DNA of 64,000 nt from Phoronis australis (Eukaryota > Animalia > Phoronida): assembly GCA_002633005.1 (NCBI GenBank), contig NMRA01000530.1:117349-181348 (forward strand), written 5' to 3'. Below the pieces are notes generated by a model that saw only the letters and a program-made list of their open reading frames with translations, was not told the origin of the DNA and searched no databases. The position numbers and the translations under genes were made by a program. Below, in pieces: positions 1 through 12,838 of this stretch (position 1 is the stretch's first letter; every line of letters begins with the position of its first letter).

Positions 1-301
1 TTTATCAGTAGTTGCCCACATGGTGTTAAAATGCTTCTGAAAATATCAAAAATGAATTCAGCATATCCAAAAACATACAATTTGACAACAAGTTCATGAA
101 AATCGGTTGGGCAGAGAAAGATTTATGAGGAAAAGCATTACTCACAAGCATCAAATGGCGGCCATTTTGAAAAATGGCCGCCATTTTGGAATTTTAGGTG
201 GCTAGTCGGGTAGATCTGTTGAGTATACCTTAGGATGTCACCATGCCAATTTTGGTGCTTGTATCATCAAATGCATGATTTTTCCACTATCTGCCCCGCT
301 A
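1..301. repeat. terminal part of a non-autonomous interspersed repeat with an internal hairpin
   Basis: aaatggcggccatttt-ga-aaaatggccgccattt palindrome at ~153-186; the element is truncated by the window edge. Confidence 0.45.
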
Positions 302-399
302 AGTAGACAGGTCAGACAACATCAGAATGACAAAAAAGAAGTTCGGAATAACAGCCGTGGAAAAGGACCCTAATTGCGCAGAGAGCTGACAAGTGTTGA

Positions 400-2095
400 A
401 TGCGAACTCTTATCTAAAGGTCTATGTCATCAGACCAAAGCAGTTTCATCAATCGATGCTGTAGCAAGCATTGAGGTATCTGTTGCAAAAGCTATCACTA
501 CCCGACTGAGATAGAATGCGAATCACATGCACAGAAACAATGAGTAAGGTGTCGAGATCTCACTTGGACAGGAATGAACAGGTGGTTCTATGAACGCAAT
601 CAAAAGATGAGATAATCCTCCTGCAAGGAGACAAAGATATAGCAACAGTGGTGCTAAAGAAAGACGGCTACAATAAAAGGATGACAGTTTAGATGTAGAG
701 TGCAGGGGCGGATCCAGGATTTTGAGTTGGCTGGCATGGCAGATTATTAGCCAGGATTTTGCCCGAGAAACATTCGCACCCCCGTACTGCAAAATGGAAT
801 CTGGGAGAATTTTAGGGGGCCATGGCCCCCTTGTCCCCCCTCTAAATCCGCCACTGGAGTGGACAGTACGGGCAAATAAAGGCAGATAAAACAAAAACTG
901 TTGAAAGAAAGACCAAAGTAATTCTGCAAACTTTCGAGGCATCAATACCACTTGACGTGTACTTCAGAGGTTCAAATGGAACATCTCAAATGGTCCACTC
1001 ATGTACGGAAAACCTACGCTGTATGATACACAACCGGACATGCCAATGGCCAATCATAAGCAACATATGTTCGCATTGTCATCAACTAGCTATTCCGCAA
1101 AAGCATAAAAATCCCACTAGACAGCAAAACCGACTCTTGCGTGAAAAACTCAAAACACTTAGTCGCGACAATGCTAACATCAATCAACAATGAACCAAAT
1201 GACACAATGGCGAGTTTCCATGATAAAAACGTGTTCACAAGCTTTCCGGCAGCAAAGATACGTAGCTTTGTTACTGAGATGCAAACTCTGGAGAATGACC
1301 ACACACTATCTAATGCACATCTCAGCGACAGGCCTGTGGTGTCACTATGAGAAAATATACCATCTATACATGTACTTCCTAATGACGTTCTCCGAGCAGG
1401 CTCAGGGCAATGGGCTTGTATCTTATCTCTGTACAGGAAGTTGTTTGAGGAAACAGCTCAGTAAGCCCCTTCCCCGTGGAAAACGGATGTCACATACACA
1501 TGCACTGTACACGATAACGATTCAGATAATCTCGAGGAATCCATTAACCACCTGTACAGCATAACGCCTACAATAAAATTTGCTATGGTAGGTAGGAACC
1601 AAGAATATATGTTTCCTTGACCAGCAATGGAGAGCAACTAACGATGTTAGTCTACAGCGAACGGTATGTTGATTATAACTTCAGTCATACCAAAGACGTT
1701 ACGAAATGTATTATCACGTGCTTGGCATCAAAATCAAAAGACAACACTCCAATCTGAGGTAGACAACCTAGTACAAACATTCAACATGAATGGTTGTCCA
1801 TCAGACCTCATCGAATCCGCAATAACATAAGAAATAGAAAGTAGAAGAATAAACCACACAAAATATTTGCATCCCATATATAATTGGAATCTCTGAAAAC
1901 AAGGATGCATATGAGAGAAATTCAAAATATGGACCGTCAGCATAGCTCAGATAAACTGGCTCGACGGCTGACCGATGTCACACATAAGAACAGACAACGT
2001 AAAAAAGAGGAACATCATCTATGAAATCCCATGCATATTAACGGGCACTGTGGCGAAGCCTACTTCGGAAGGCCACTGGAAACATGGATTGTTGT
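400..2095 (+). mobile_element. decayed Penelope-like retroelement (RT + GIY-YIG endonuclease remnants)
   Basis: Frameshifted motifs occur in the expected order: MASFHDKNVFTS (cf. SFDVxSLFT), AMG, NHLYSITPTIKF (cf. HLNSxxPxIKFT), then NIIYEIPC...CGEAYFG.RPLETWI (GIY-YIG). Confidence 0.75.
703..856. mobile_element. 154-bp MITE nested in the Penelope-like remnant; 5-bp TSD GAGTG
   Basis: Termini CAGGGGCGGAT...ATCCGCCACTG; GAGTG at 698-702 and 857-861. Confidence 0.75.
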
Positions 2096-2449
2096 AGGCC
2101 TACACAAGAAGTGCTGCCATGTGACCACCGGTGGGGGGGGGGGAGGGTGGGGGTGGGCTCATGGCGAAGTAAGCAAAAAGGTCCGCCTCAGAGAACTTAC
2201 AAGAGCAACGCAGAGCGTTGAAATGCGCCCAAAAATGCACCGCAAAACGTCCAATCTATCTGAAAACGGAACATGCCATCGCTTCTTCAAAAGAAAACTT
2301 TTTACTAAATTTCATAAAATCTTACAAAGAACTTCAGAGAAAAAAGAAAACAGAAAAAATGAAACTGCCACTAGGGGTCACAGCGTCCGCCTGAAACTTG
2401 TCATCTGCTGCTAGCTTCCTAGTAATACACTTACTAAATTTAATAAACA

Positions 2450-3490
2450 TCCTGCAGTGGGTTCAGGAGATACAGCTATGGGCGCAAAACAAAACAAAAG
2501 CACCACTAGAAGAATCCACGTCGTTATCGTCAATTGTCCTATTCACACTGAGAATTTATACGCCAATTTGAAGAGTGGATGCCGCTATATTGCGGTGCAT
2601 CGTTCCCGCTTGTCCGAACTATGAAGCTGCGAAAAAAACAGGTATAACGTTTTTTGACTTCCTCCGGCGAGCGCCCGAAATGCTTAGGAAGTGGCTTGCG
2701 GTAGGGAAGAATGAAAGGTGCGCTGTTAATAGCAAGTGTGTGGCCGTGAAACATCTCCGTTTCTATGGCCGGCATTTCGTCGACAGCCAGTGATTTCTCT
2801 GACGAACTACGGCTTACCAAAGAACTATCCATACGTTCCGTTGCCTGTGCATGTTGACGGCGCCTCTCTAGTATTTCTTGATCAGTGTATTCCGGTTCGA
2901 ACTGATAGCCTGTGAAACCTAATGATTCGAACCCTGACATGACAGCGTTTTCCCGTTCAGTGACTTTACCAGACGAAGGGGGTGATGAGCGTTTGATAAC
3001 GTCTAGCTCCTTCGTTAACTTCCAAGCACAGTCTTCTGTCTGTGAGGACAACAGGCAGGCCAATTATCTACCAGGCTTATTACAGACCTCGTGTGAACAC
3101 CGTCAAACCCAGACTGAATTGGTATGAACATTCGGAAAGAATAGATTATCGTAACTTCGGTTGCAGTTGGGCGATTTTGGCGTTTCAAAAACTAAACATG
3201 ATCACCATTTGACAAGGATTTCAGAAATGGTGTTGGTTTATGTTCAAATATGTTGTAACTTAACTTTTATTTTTAAGAGCACAGCCCAGTCAGGCTACAT
3301 ACGATCTTATTGAAGATTAGAGCAATTATCGAACAAAAGAGAGCTGGCCCTCCAACCATGAATGCCAGAATGGAGTTAATCAGTCGTGTAAGATATTGAC
3401 TACAGGCCCGGGTAAAATTCCCAACTTGCTGTTGGGCTACAGAATCGAACAAGTTGGGAGCAACGAGAAAACGCCATAATGAAGCCTTCA
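2450..3490. mobile_element. non-autonomous DNA transposon (Kolobok-like) with a THAP remnant (+, 2575-2793) and a convergent YQFEP ORF stub (-, from 2940)
   Basis: RCIVPACPN..GITFFDF...KWL...RHF is a degenerate THAP domain. MSGFESLGFTGYQFEPEY lies on the opposite strand. The right part recurs at 6131-6560, 31070-31530 and 62760-62950. Termini were not clearly identified. Confidence 0.6.
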
Positions 3491-3992
3491 TCGGATTAGC
3501 TCTTGACGAAGTCGGGATTGGCGCCGGGCGAGTTGCCATGTAGACGTTTATTATTCTGCGTTCTGTTTCAAAATTATTATTCTCATCGCAACCAATGCTT
3601 ATATACTGAAATACAGTCTGTCTCATAAGATACAATTGGTAATGCCTTTGCAGTATTCGTGAGTGCAAATGTTGAGAAGCCAGTAATAAATAAACAACTG
3701 CGTTACCGGCTTTTGATGCCGGCAATACAGGTAATTGACCGGGCACCGAGGCCATGTGAGCGCATGCTAATAGGGGATTTGCAACGCCGCCATATTGGAA
3801 ATGGGTCAGAATGTTGCATTGTGGTTAAGCTGGTAAACAAGTACGTCGGCAAGCGTGGGGGCGAACCGGCCACAGGGAGGTTATACGTGTTGTGTGCCTG
3901 GCATGCTATAATACCAGTTAGCGAAATAAAAAAATTAGTTACTACCTGTTTCCCAAGGATCAAGAACTGCGTTAAACATGGGTCAGAGACAT

Positions 3993-4105
3993 NNNNNNNN
4001 NNNNNNNNNNNNNNNNNNNNNNNNNNNNNNNNNNNNNNNNNNNNNNNNNNNNNNNNNNNNNNNNNNNNNNNNNNNNNNNNNNNNNNNNNNNNNNNNNNNN
4101 NNNNN
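3993..4105. other. assembly gap
   Basis: N run. Confidence 1.
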
Positions 4106-5089
4106 AAAACAGTGTGGCATTCTCCTTCAATGCAGTCAGAAAACAGGCGTCAGGAGCAAGCCAGTGTAACCCCTCTCGGACAATGTAGGAATTGTCAAGG
4201 GCATGATCTGAATTTCTCCTCAGACTGACGTCATTGTTTTAATGAAAACAGAACTTTTGAGGCGAAAACACACGTGCGAAGAATAAACAATATACTCTCC
4301 CTGAAAAGGCTTGATTGCAAACTCGGGCCGGTACAGAAACGACCTAAAGCCTGCAGCGAAAATTTATATTGACACTGATCGATAAAAGTACTGACACACA
4401 GGAAAAGACTGAATAGTTGCAACGGTTTGACTTTTTGATTTTTTTCATGGACGGATGTTGCGGGTGGTGTTGCTATAGAAATGAAAATTTTTGTGACCGG
4501 TTCTTCGTAGTATATGAATATCTTCCACTTCGTCGGTTGATCTTACAAAGAATCGAATGTTAAGGAAGTTTTTTGAGCTCGCTCAGTCAATTTGTCCGTT
4601 TTGGGAACGTCTTTATACCGCGATTCGCTTATAGCGTCATGCGTGAGCTAGTGTCACGAAATTACCATTAGCCTCTACACTTAACATATGCATATATACC
4701 AGGTAGAATATATTACTTTGACAAACATAACAGAGACGTCTATTAGAGTATAGCCCACGCATGTAAGACATACATTTCTTAACAATTGTAAGTTTTCTGT
4801 ATTTCTGATTTTTTAAATTAATACCATCCAGGTGAAAGTTTTTTACTTTGCATGCAGGTGTCGTAAAATAATAATTCTACCAAAAATTTTTCTCCCAGTT
4901 GGAAATTATTAGTCACGCAGGACATGATTGACCCCGGGTCACTTTTTAACATTAATAATGACCCTGATCGCTTTTTAACGGGGTCTAAATTTAATTTGAA
5001 CTACTGTGACAAAAAGGCCCCATGGGCACATTTTAATCACATATAAATAAATTACAGGTTTTTATGGACAAAAAACAATTTGAAGAACA

Positions 5090-5630
5090 CATACTTCCTT
5101 TCCTGTGCATTGCTCGGGATTGCCAGCGTACAAAATTCTTCTCTCGCGCACGCTATATTCCTCTCTCCCCCGATCTAGCACCAGGCATTTTTCGGAGTTA
5201 ATTGTAATACACACACACACACACACCGTGTAATTATTTGATCGCAAAGAGATCAACCCTGCTCTCACACATTTTATTTGAAATCATCCCATTCCCTTCT
5301 GCCACTTCCCTGATGTACCGCACGTTGCTTAGCCGAGAAATTAAAAATTCCTCTCTCACGCACGCTTGAGTACCTTCTCACAGATTCTGAAACAGCACCA
5401 CAGTTTCGCATCTCACACTGAGACACGGCCATAATATTCTTTGCTCGAAAACAGACCAGTTTAGCTCTCAAATACCCACTTCTGGCGTGCATGCTGTTAT
5501 ACTTTCTCTGCCTCATTGCACATACTGAAGCAAGGCGGATCAGTGCAGATTTCCCTTGCCACGCGCCACACAACGCGATCATAAAATTTTTCACTCAGGC
5601 ATATTATTCCACTCTCACGGATGTAAATCA
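5090..5630. repeat. degenerate tandem array of aaaattcctctctcacgcac-like units, with a (CA)n tract
   Basis: Recurrent ctctc(a/g)c motifs, e.g. at 5132, 5344 and 5583-5620. Confidence 0.4.
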
Positions 5631-6130
5631 ACCATCCACAACACGTTGTCGATTTTGTCGACTGCGTCTCAGGAGACATTTCTGTAATACTGGCAAGCCC
5701 AGGGACCAGCTAGATCGGTTCCCGCACTTAATTCCGGGCCTGCAAACATTTCTACCCCAGCACGCTGTTCCCTTCTCTTACGCCACCTCGCTTAATTTGA
5801 TAAAAAAAGCCCGTCCCGATGCTCAAAACTCTTCTCTTACTGTTCCCCTCCCGACGATTGAATGCAACCCGGCTCCCCCCCCCCCCCNCCCGAAAGTTGC
5901 GGGGGCCGGGATGTGGACCTTCCCTGATCAGAAAATCTATCGGTGGACTAAAGAAAAAAAAAACGGGAACACGATTCCTCTGGGATCTGAGCCCCCCCCC
6001 CTCTCATCCGCTACCGGTCCTAGTTACTAAACTCTATATATTTCCTCACGTTGTTGCTGTTTCATTTTGCGTGCAGCAGCCAAGGGGAGGGGGGGGGCCT
6101 TTTCCCCTGCCCCCCCTAAATCCGCCTATG

Positions 6131-6560
6131 TCTATAGCCCAACAGCGAGTTGGGAAGATGACCCCTGTAGCCAATATATTACACGACTGATTAACTCCAT
6201 TTTGGCATTTGGTTGGAGGGCCAGCTCTCTTTTTTCGATGAATTAATTGTTCTAATCTCCAAGAAGATCGTATCTAGCCTGACCGGTCGGTTTGTAGTGT
6301 TAAAAATAAAAGTTAAGTTACAACATATTTGAACATAAACCAATAGCCTTTCGGAGTTCCTCGTCAAATGGTGATCATGTTTAGTTTTTGAATCGCCAAT
6401 ATCGCCCTACTGCAACCGAAGTTACGACAATCTGTTCTTTCCTAACGTACCACTAGCTCTTTGTTCACGCGTGGTCCGTAATAACCTAAGCCTGCCTGTT
6501 ATCATACCAGGCAAAGGACTGTGCTCGGCAGTTCAGTAACAAAGGAGCTCACAACCCTCT
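6131..6560 (+). repeat. copy of repeat family A (inverted relative to 2950-3480)
   Basis: Shares acacgactgattaactccat...ggttggagggccagctctctttt...ttaaaaataaaagttaagttacaacatatttgaacataaacc. Confidence 0.85.
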
Positions 6561-6649
6561 ATGTTGGAAGATTTCCAGGTCGATCTAGTTCTGCAGTGGA
6601 GATTATAAATTGCTAGCTGTTGCGGTAGGGGGACTAACCGTTGTCAAAT

Positions 6650-7050
6650 TTATTTTTATTTATTGATTGTGATATTTAAAATGAGGATGGCCTCTTCAGT
6701 GATAGCACTGCTTTCCAAGAGGGCCCTCAACAACAAAAAACAGTAATATAATACAATAAAGTAATAAAACAACAATTAAATACTTTACGTAACAACTAAA
6801 ACAGGTTGAGAATTAAGACAATAAATAAATGACGAAGAATGGGGAAAATTTAACTAAGAGAGATGAAATAAATAAAGAGATGACTCTAAACAGTGAAAGT
6901 ATTTACGGCAATAAAAAAATGAGATGATTAAGACAGCCAGGTAGGGTATAAGGATAGAGGCAAATTACTGACATTTTTTAATATTACGTTTGAAAGTATT
7001 AATTGAATCGGACTGTTTAATTTCTGGGGCTAAGAGAATTCCAACGACAA
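6650..7050 (-). mobile_element. 3' fragment of a CR1/L2-type LINE
   Basis: The minus strand encodes frameshifted WNSL.PEIKQSDSINTFKRNIKK, followed by a 3' UTR stem-loop and an (AATA)n tail. Confidence 0.7.
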
Positions 7051-7429
7051 GTCAAGTTGTCACAGACGTGGGGTCATTTTTCATGGGTTGAAAACTCCTC
7101 ACATGAAATTTTGACCCGGCCCCGTGAAAAAAATACCTGCCTGGTGTGTATTTTAATACGGGTCATTTTTTCACGGCTTCATTATTTTAAAATGCTTCCG
7201 GGAAAGGCCGGGTCTTGAACCAAACTTTTTTCGTGCTCTATTGCAGTGATGCGTTATATATCCACTCCTCCTCCTCCTCTCCCAGCCTAAAACGCCTTTG
7301 AGACCACAAGTTGTGTGTGAAACTTCAGTGGCCGGGGCGCTGGCGTAGCCTCCTAGTGGTTAGGATGCTCACTTGCCGAGGTTCTGGTTCTAACATTCAC
7401 TATTGGTGAGTTACTGAAGCGTGGATCAG

Positions 7430-7625
7430 TTTTTAAAAATAACCAATAGAATTCGCTTTAACAATGCGCTCCTGATAACCAATCAAATTTATCGTAGCAA
7501 AACTGACCCTGCTTTGATATCTCGGCGTTTGCAGAACCACGTTGGTTTTATTGCCACTCTTATTTGTGTTTTGCTTTCCACAGATTCTGTGTTTATGCTA
7601 TTATAAGCGCGCCAGTGTGAGAGGT
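7430..7625 (+). promoter_or_regulatory. possible promoter / non-coding first exon of the zinc-finger gene
   Basis: Two taaCCAAT boxes (~7440, ~7477), CpG-enriched sequence and a donor-like gag|GTAAAC at 7624. The start-codon exon has an acceptor, so an upstream exon must exist. Alternative donors lie near 10039 and 11079. Confidence 0.25.
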
Positions 7626-8152
7626 AAACATGTGTTAGTGTTTTGTCCATCGTAAGATTTGCTAGTTGTGAAATCAAGAAGTTTAAACGCCACTTACATT
7701 GACAACGATGTCACTGAAGAAGTTTGACTTGAGACATAGCCATATGCAAAAACAACATGATTGGTGAACCAATTACGCACTGATCGGATATAGCCGTCCC
7801 GGATTTTCAGTTTCATCCACTGAATATCGGGCCCATTATTCAATGATTGCCTGGTTTTCAAAATCAGAGACCGCTATATCAGACTACTACCACCAATTAT
7901 GCCCGTCCCTGCCGCCGTTGAGACTTGACTTTTTAGGCAATGACCATCGCCTCTGCTGGCCCTACCAGTTGAGGCATTGAAGCTCCTATAGGGGCTACAT
8001 ACGCCACAAGCTTTTCGGAAAATTACAGGGTTTCCTCTGCGTGTAAACTTCTGGGCGGCCCGCCACACTCCTGTTTTGCCCCGCTTCTCGTTAATCATAC
8101 TCAAATTGACCACCACACATCTAATGGTGACGGGGAAACTTCACCGCCACGC

Positions 8153-8229
8153 AAAAATCGCTAGTAAAAATGTTCGCTAGTAAAATGAATCGCCAGTAAA
8201 ATGATCGCCAGTAAAAATGATCACTAGTA
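8153..8229. repeat. minisatellite, ~17-18-bp unit aaaatgatcgc(c/t)agt, about 5 copies
   Basis: Read directly. Confidence 0.8.
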
Positions 8230-9004
8230 CAAGTCACACGGCAACTTTCACCGTTTGTGGGTCGAAAGGGAAACACAGTAATTTTACATTGGGATCTTGA
8301 AATGTGCCCCCGTTAAACACTTTCAAGCCCCAACTCCCTTCCATACTTTTTTCTGCCTGGTTATCTGACAATGCATATAAACTTAATACAGCCGGGGACC
8401 AGGCAATGACCTCGATACGAATTTTCTAAATGTGAAAGCGCCAGGGCTCGCTAATGAAGTAAGGAACAGTAAGATTTCTGCTTCATTCATTTTATTGTGT
8501 CCGAGTTTACACAAGACGTTGTGAACTATACTGCAGGGCGTGACAACCAACTGTTTAATCAACCGTAGCCCTGTGCCAAAATGATGATATTGGATGTTAA
8601 CCAGTCTCAGATTCATCTGCATGGACTGGATCGTCTGCTACGCCGGCCAACGCCAATCCACTATTACTGATTGATGTTTAGCAAGACGATATCAACGGAA
8701 GTTTTGTTACACGAATTAGTTTATTACGTCTACAAAGTTCACATATTTTGTATTCTATGTTTGCCACTTCATGGATAATTGAATTTTAACAATGTTTTTT
8801 CTCCTCAAGAGTCAAGTGCGACAGAGATGCCGGACACTTCATTGCCAATTTGTCTTGCGAAGTACCCTTTACCCGGATATTTCTGCTACATGATTCTCGG
8901 GTTAAGGTCTTGTCTATGATGAGCAAACTACACCCAATTACATCTAATTTTCAAATTTTGCCTGGGGAAGGTCTCCCAACCCCCCTCCCCCCCTGATGAG
9001 AGGA

Positions 9005-9870
9005 TCTCACTTCATCCCATGCTCACATGTGGCGTTGCGTTCCACATCTGCGTCGAGCGTTCACCACTACACTCCTTTCAAAATCCAGACAATAGGGGTA
9101 TCCCATTTCTCATTCTTTGCACCCCGTTTTGGTCATTCACCACCACGCTCCTTTCAAAACCAAGGGGAAACACTGAATTATGCCTCGCACCGACTAAAAC
9201 ATCTAAGTCATGGTGTTATAAATACCTTTTGCACATAGAGGGACACCTTAGGAGGTTGTCGATGTGTTTAATTCCTTGCAACTCTAACAGATACTCCCGT
9301 TATCAAACTTTTTCTTCGAGCAGTCCCTCGTTGAGTTCCCAAAATCATGAACTCACCATTTTCACTCTGCGCACGCCAAGAGATCTATATGACCTCATTC
9401 TGATAACCAGGCCGAAGGTCAGAAGTTGCAGTCCTACCGGTGAACCGGTCGTACATTACATTTGAAAGTGTTGTTAAGAGGTGTGTGGCGCACCATATAT
9501 GGGCGCACCCAGGGGGGTTGGGGGGCTCAAACGACCCCCCAATTTGGTGAATTGGGCAAAAGGGTCCGCTTCAATGAAACAAAAAGTCCGAGTAAACAAG
9601 ACTAAAGTCCACAAAATTCACAGGAAGTCGGCGCAGATGCACGGTGCGTGGGCCTGAACCTAGTGGCCCCGTTTTTTTAGTCCTCGTGCAGGGTTTCCCC
9701 TGAGTTTTGCTAGGAGCGTGGTGGTGAATGGCCAAAACGGGGTGCAAAGCCGCACGCGAATATGAGAAGTGGGATCCCCCTATTAGCTGGGTTTCGAAAG
9801 GAGCGTGGTGGTGAATGCTCGACGCGGATGGGGAAGCCGCCGGGCACCACATGCGAGCATGGGATGACAT
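9005..9870. repeat. two inverted copies of a GC-rich repeat (9010-9171 and 9692-9868)
   Basis: catcccatgctc...ttcaccaccacgctcct...ggggaaac and its reverse complement. Confidence 0.8.
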
Positions 9871-11509
9871 TCCCCAGGCCTGGCAGCCGCGACGGGCCTG
9901 ATCGGGTTCCGAGCCAATGGCTGGGATAGTAAGCATTCCGTGTACTTAGAACTGAAAAAAATTGCCCAACTAAACGTACAACACACAGCTATGTTCGAAT
10001 TTATCACCAAACAGACCCAAACTCCCGCGATCGACAATGGTAAATTGACTTACCGAACTCTAGCTGTAGGCTACGGTACGTTCAAATATCTATAAATCTG
10101 TAACAGTGAAATAAAACAACACGTTTGTTCAAGAACTCGATGTATTTGTAAGAGTTTTACTTCAAATTTTGATGTTTTATTGGGGTTAAATGATGAATTC
10201 AAGTGATAAGATGACTCTAGTAAGCTTGTTGTGAATGGCTGAACAGACTGCGTTCGATCTGATTATGCCATTGGTTAATTTCAACACCTCCGTCTGCCGT
10301 GAGGTGTCTGGTAAAGTGACTGAACTTGGTGTTATCGAGTGGGGCTACTCGATCTAAATTGATACAAAATATGTTGTTTTTTGGGTGGCATTCTCCTTTA
10401 ATTTCTTCCAACTCGAAGAAATACTCCTGTAATCATTTTTTAATTTGCAATTTTTACATTGTTGGCAACTGGACATTTTTACACTGCACGCTTGTGCTCG
10501 TGCCAGGAGATATGACATCATATTCCCTAGCGCGAGAAGTGTAAAATTGAAATTAAAGTTCGAATTCGAGAGTATTTGTTTAAGTTGGAAGGAATTAAAG
10601 ACCTCGATGACCTCCGTAGGTTTCCCTGTATGTGCAAAAGGTACTAATAGCAACGTGACTTTGATAGGCAGTTTAATTAGTATGTGAGCATAACCGTTAA
10701 CCTGAGTGTTTGTGGTAATAAGTTATTAAAACACTGCAATGTTATTGTAATACAATTTAGCGAGGCAAACTCCATCTAGTAGGGGTGACTTTCTGGCTAT
10801 CATTACTACCTACACTACCCTTTTTAGCCACCCGGAATAATGTTATTTTATAATTGTCCGCTTCAGCCAGAACAAGATTCTTTTTATTTCACCTTTGCTA
10901 TCTTTTGCGGTAAAAGACGAGATGCACATTTCTAAGTCACGACTGTCTGCTGGGACGGACTGCGCTTACATTGGGACTGACCAGTACCGCGGTGGGATAT
11001 CAGGGATATTGTTGTGCATATTTGATATTAATGACATCTTTCATGAAAAATAAATATGCTTTTCCATCACAATGTTTGGTAAGTTGATCGTTTATAAGAA
11101 TTAGTGGCAACACTCGACCTGTTTTGTGACATTTTATCACGTATTATGCTGTGGTCCAAAACTTTCTTTGGCACTTACAGAAATTTGCAAAAGCAGCCTA
11201 AAATGTTATCCAATTGTACGCGTCTATGATTGATTCTGCATTATCTCTTATTCATGCGACGTGCTTACAAGTCATCAGGAGGACTGTCCTCGGTTAGTGT
11301 TCTTTTGAGCTTGATTTGGTTACAACCAAATAAGGATCAGATTCACGCGAGTTGCTTTATTTTTTGCTGGGTATTTGCTGAGGAGTGTAAAAACTCAGCT
11401 CGCATTCGTTGGAAATTCTAGGCTGCATTTTATTACATGCACATGACTCTCTTCTTATTTCAATTGCCCTTCGGGTTTCTGTTTTGTATGTTATCACTTT
11501 AATTACACA

Positions 11510-11655
11510 AAGTCTGCTTGGCACAACTTTTTAAAAAAAACACCTTTTTCTCATCAAGCGCGCCCAAAGGACACAGGTTCAAACCTGGTCAGGAATATCC
11601 CTGCTTACTGGACACGGTTGCGTGATTTACGCCAGATCATTTTCGACACAAAAGT
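11510..11655. repeat. repeat family D copy (inverted partner at 28187-28283)
   Basis: cacaggttcaaacctggtcaggaatatccctg versus cagggatattcctgaccaagtttgaacctgtg. Confidence 0.75.
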
Positions 11656-12032
11656 CGTCCTTAGCATTTGGCAATTTTCCACCTACTTTATAATCACATT
11701 ATCGCGATATGTTGGGTTTCTCACTAATTTGACCAAGCAATCCCAGAAATAAGGAATTAGTATGCAAGTTTCTCTTTAAAATATTGGATGAGATAGTACA
11801 GAAACCATTGGGAAGTGGTGTAGCCCCTGTCTAGCCAGCCTAGGGATTATATTGCCTATACTGCAGAGTACTTAGTAAGGTCAAGGAAACAGTTCTGCCT
11901 ACTCCAAAACACACCCAACAGCATTTTTAGTAGTGCTTGGGAAAAAGCAAGGGGAAATGGGGATAAGTCATGTGGAAAATCCGAGTTCGAATTTTACCAT
12001 GATGAGCTTGGTTTACTTGGAGAGTTCTTACC

Positions 12033-12264
12033 CAGGGCTTGGAATATTCCTCTTTTAAGAAGGTTTCTTTTTGGTTTCCATTTCTTATTTGAGTTGCAGT
12101 TTTCGCTTTTTTGTCTCATTTCATCATTATTTGAATTAATTCATGCAAAAAGCATTTATTTAACTTAAATTTACAACCCCAAAAATGTTTCCACCCCACA
12201 AGCCTGTGCAACGATACACCACCTGCAAAATTTTCCTCTTTGTCTTTGGTCATTCCAAGCCCTG
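12033..12264. mobile_element. 232-bp MITE, 13-bp perfect TIR CAGGGCTTGGAAT, 6-bp TSD CTTACC
   Basis: TIRs at 12033-12045 and 12252-12264; CTTACC at 12027-12032 and 12265-12270. Confidence 0.8.
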
Positions 12265-12699
12265 CTTACCATTCTTGCGGTAAAATCTTTTCATTTGTTG
12301 TAGTTGGAAAGGGACCATTTTATAGATTTGCAAATTCTCATTGTGAACCCTTATGTGCAGAACTTTGTTGTAACAATACACGGTTTTGAACAGAAAGTGA
12401 TCACGAGGAAATCATTCGTCTGAGTGGAATGTTCCCTATTACCTCTTCTGTGGCTGTACTCTCTGCAACATGCTACAAATTGGAGCCTTCTATGTCTGCC
12501 ATTCCCTAATATGCCTCTGCCTCAAACAACATCAATTTTTTACTACCCGGATTCAGTCGTTCACTTAACCTTATAAAAATAGTGCTGACTGCATGGTGCA
12601 GATGTAGACTGACTGGTTGTAAATCTCACTTGTCAGTGTATGATGCAGTTCGTCATGTCATAGTAAGTGAAATTGGTGAACTTTTTTCTTCAGGTCGCC

Positions 12700-12838
12700 A
12701 TGGAGACCACAGCTGCAAAGCAACAGTTCTGTACTTTACTTTCGGGAATAAAGACCCAGTTTGTACAGGAGTTTGTCTGCTGGCTTGACTACCAGGTGGC
12801 GTTCTACAAAGTCAGTGGCAACATGCCGTTGGCCCTAG
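12700..12838 (+). CDS. zinc-finger gene coding exon 1 (METTAAKQQFCTLLSGIKTQFVQEFVCWLDYQVAFYKVSGNMPLAL)
   Basis: Acceptor at 12692-12693, Kozak gccATGG, donor GTCAGT; phase matches the next exon. Confidence 0.7.

Noticed and set aside
5491-6190. 179-aa and 123-aa ORFs
   Set aside because: They lie in low-complexity GC-rich repeat DNA with homopolymer runs and show no protein motifs.
7341-7400. tRNA-like GGCGTAGCCT..AGTGGTTAGG
   Set aside because: Box B is degenerate and no cloverleaf can be formed; at most an old SINE head.
8153-8229. CRISPR-like repeat array
   Set aside because: Contiguous minisatellite units with no unique spacers, in a eukaryotic context with no cas genes.
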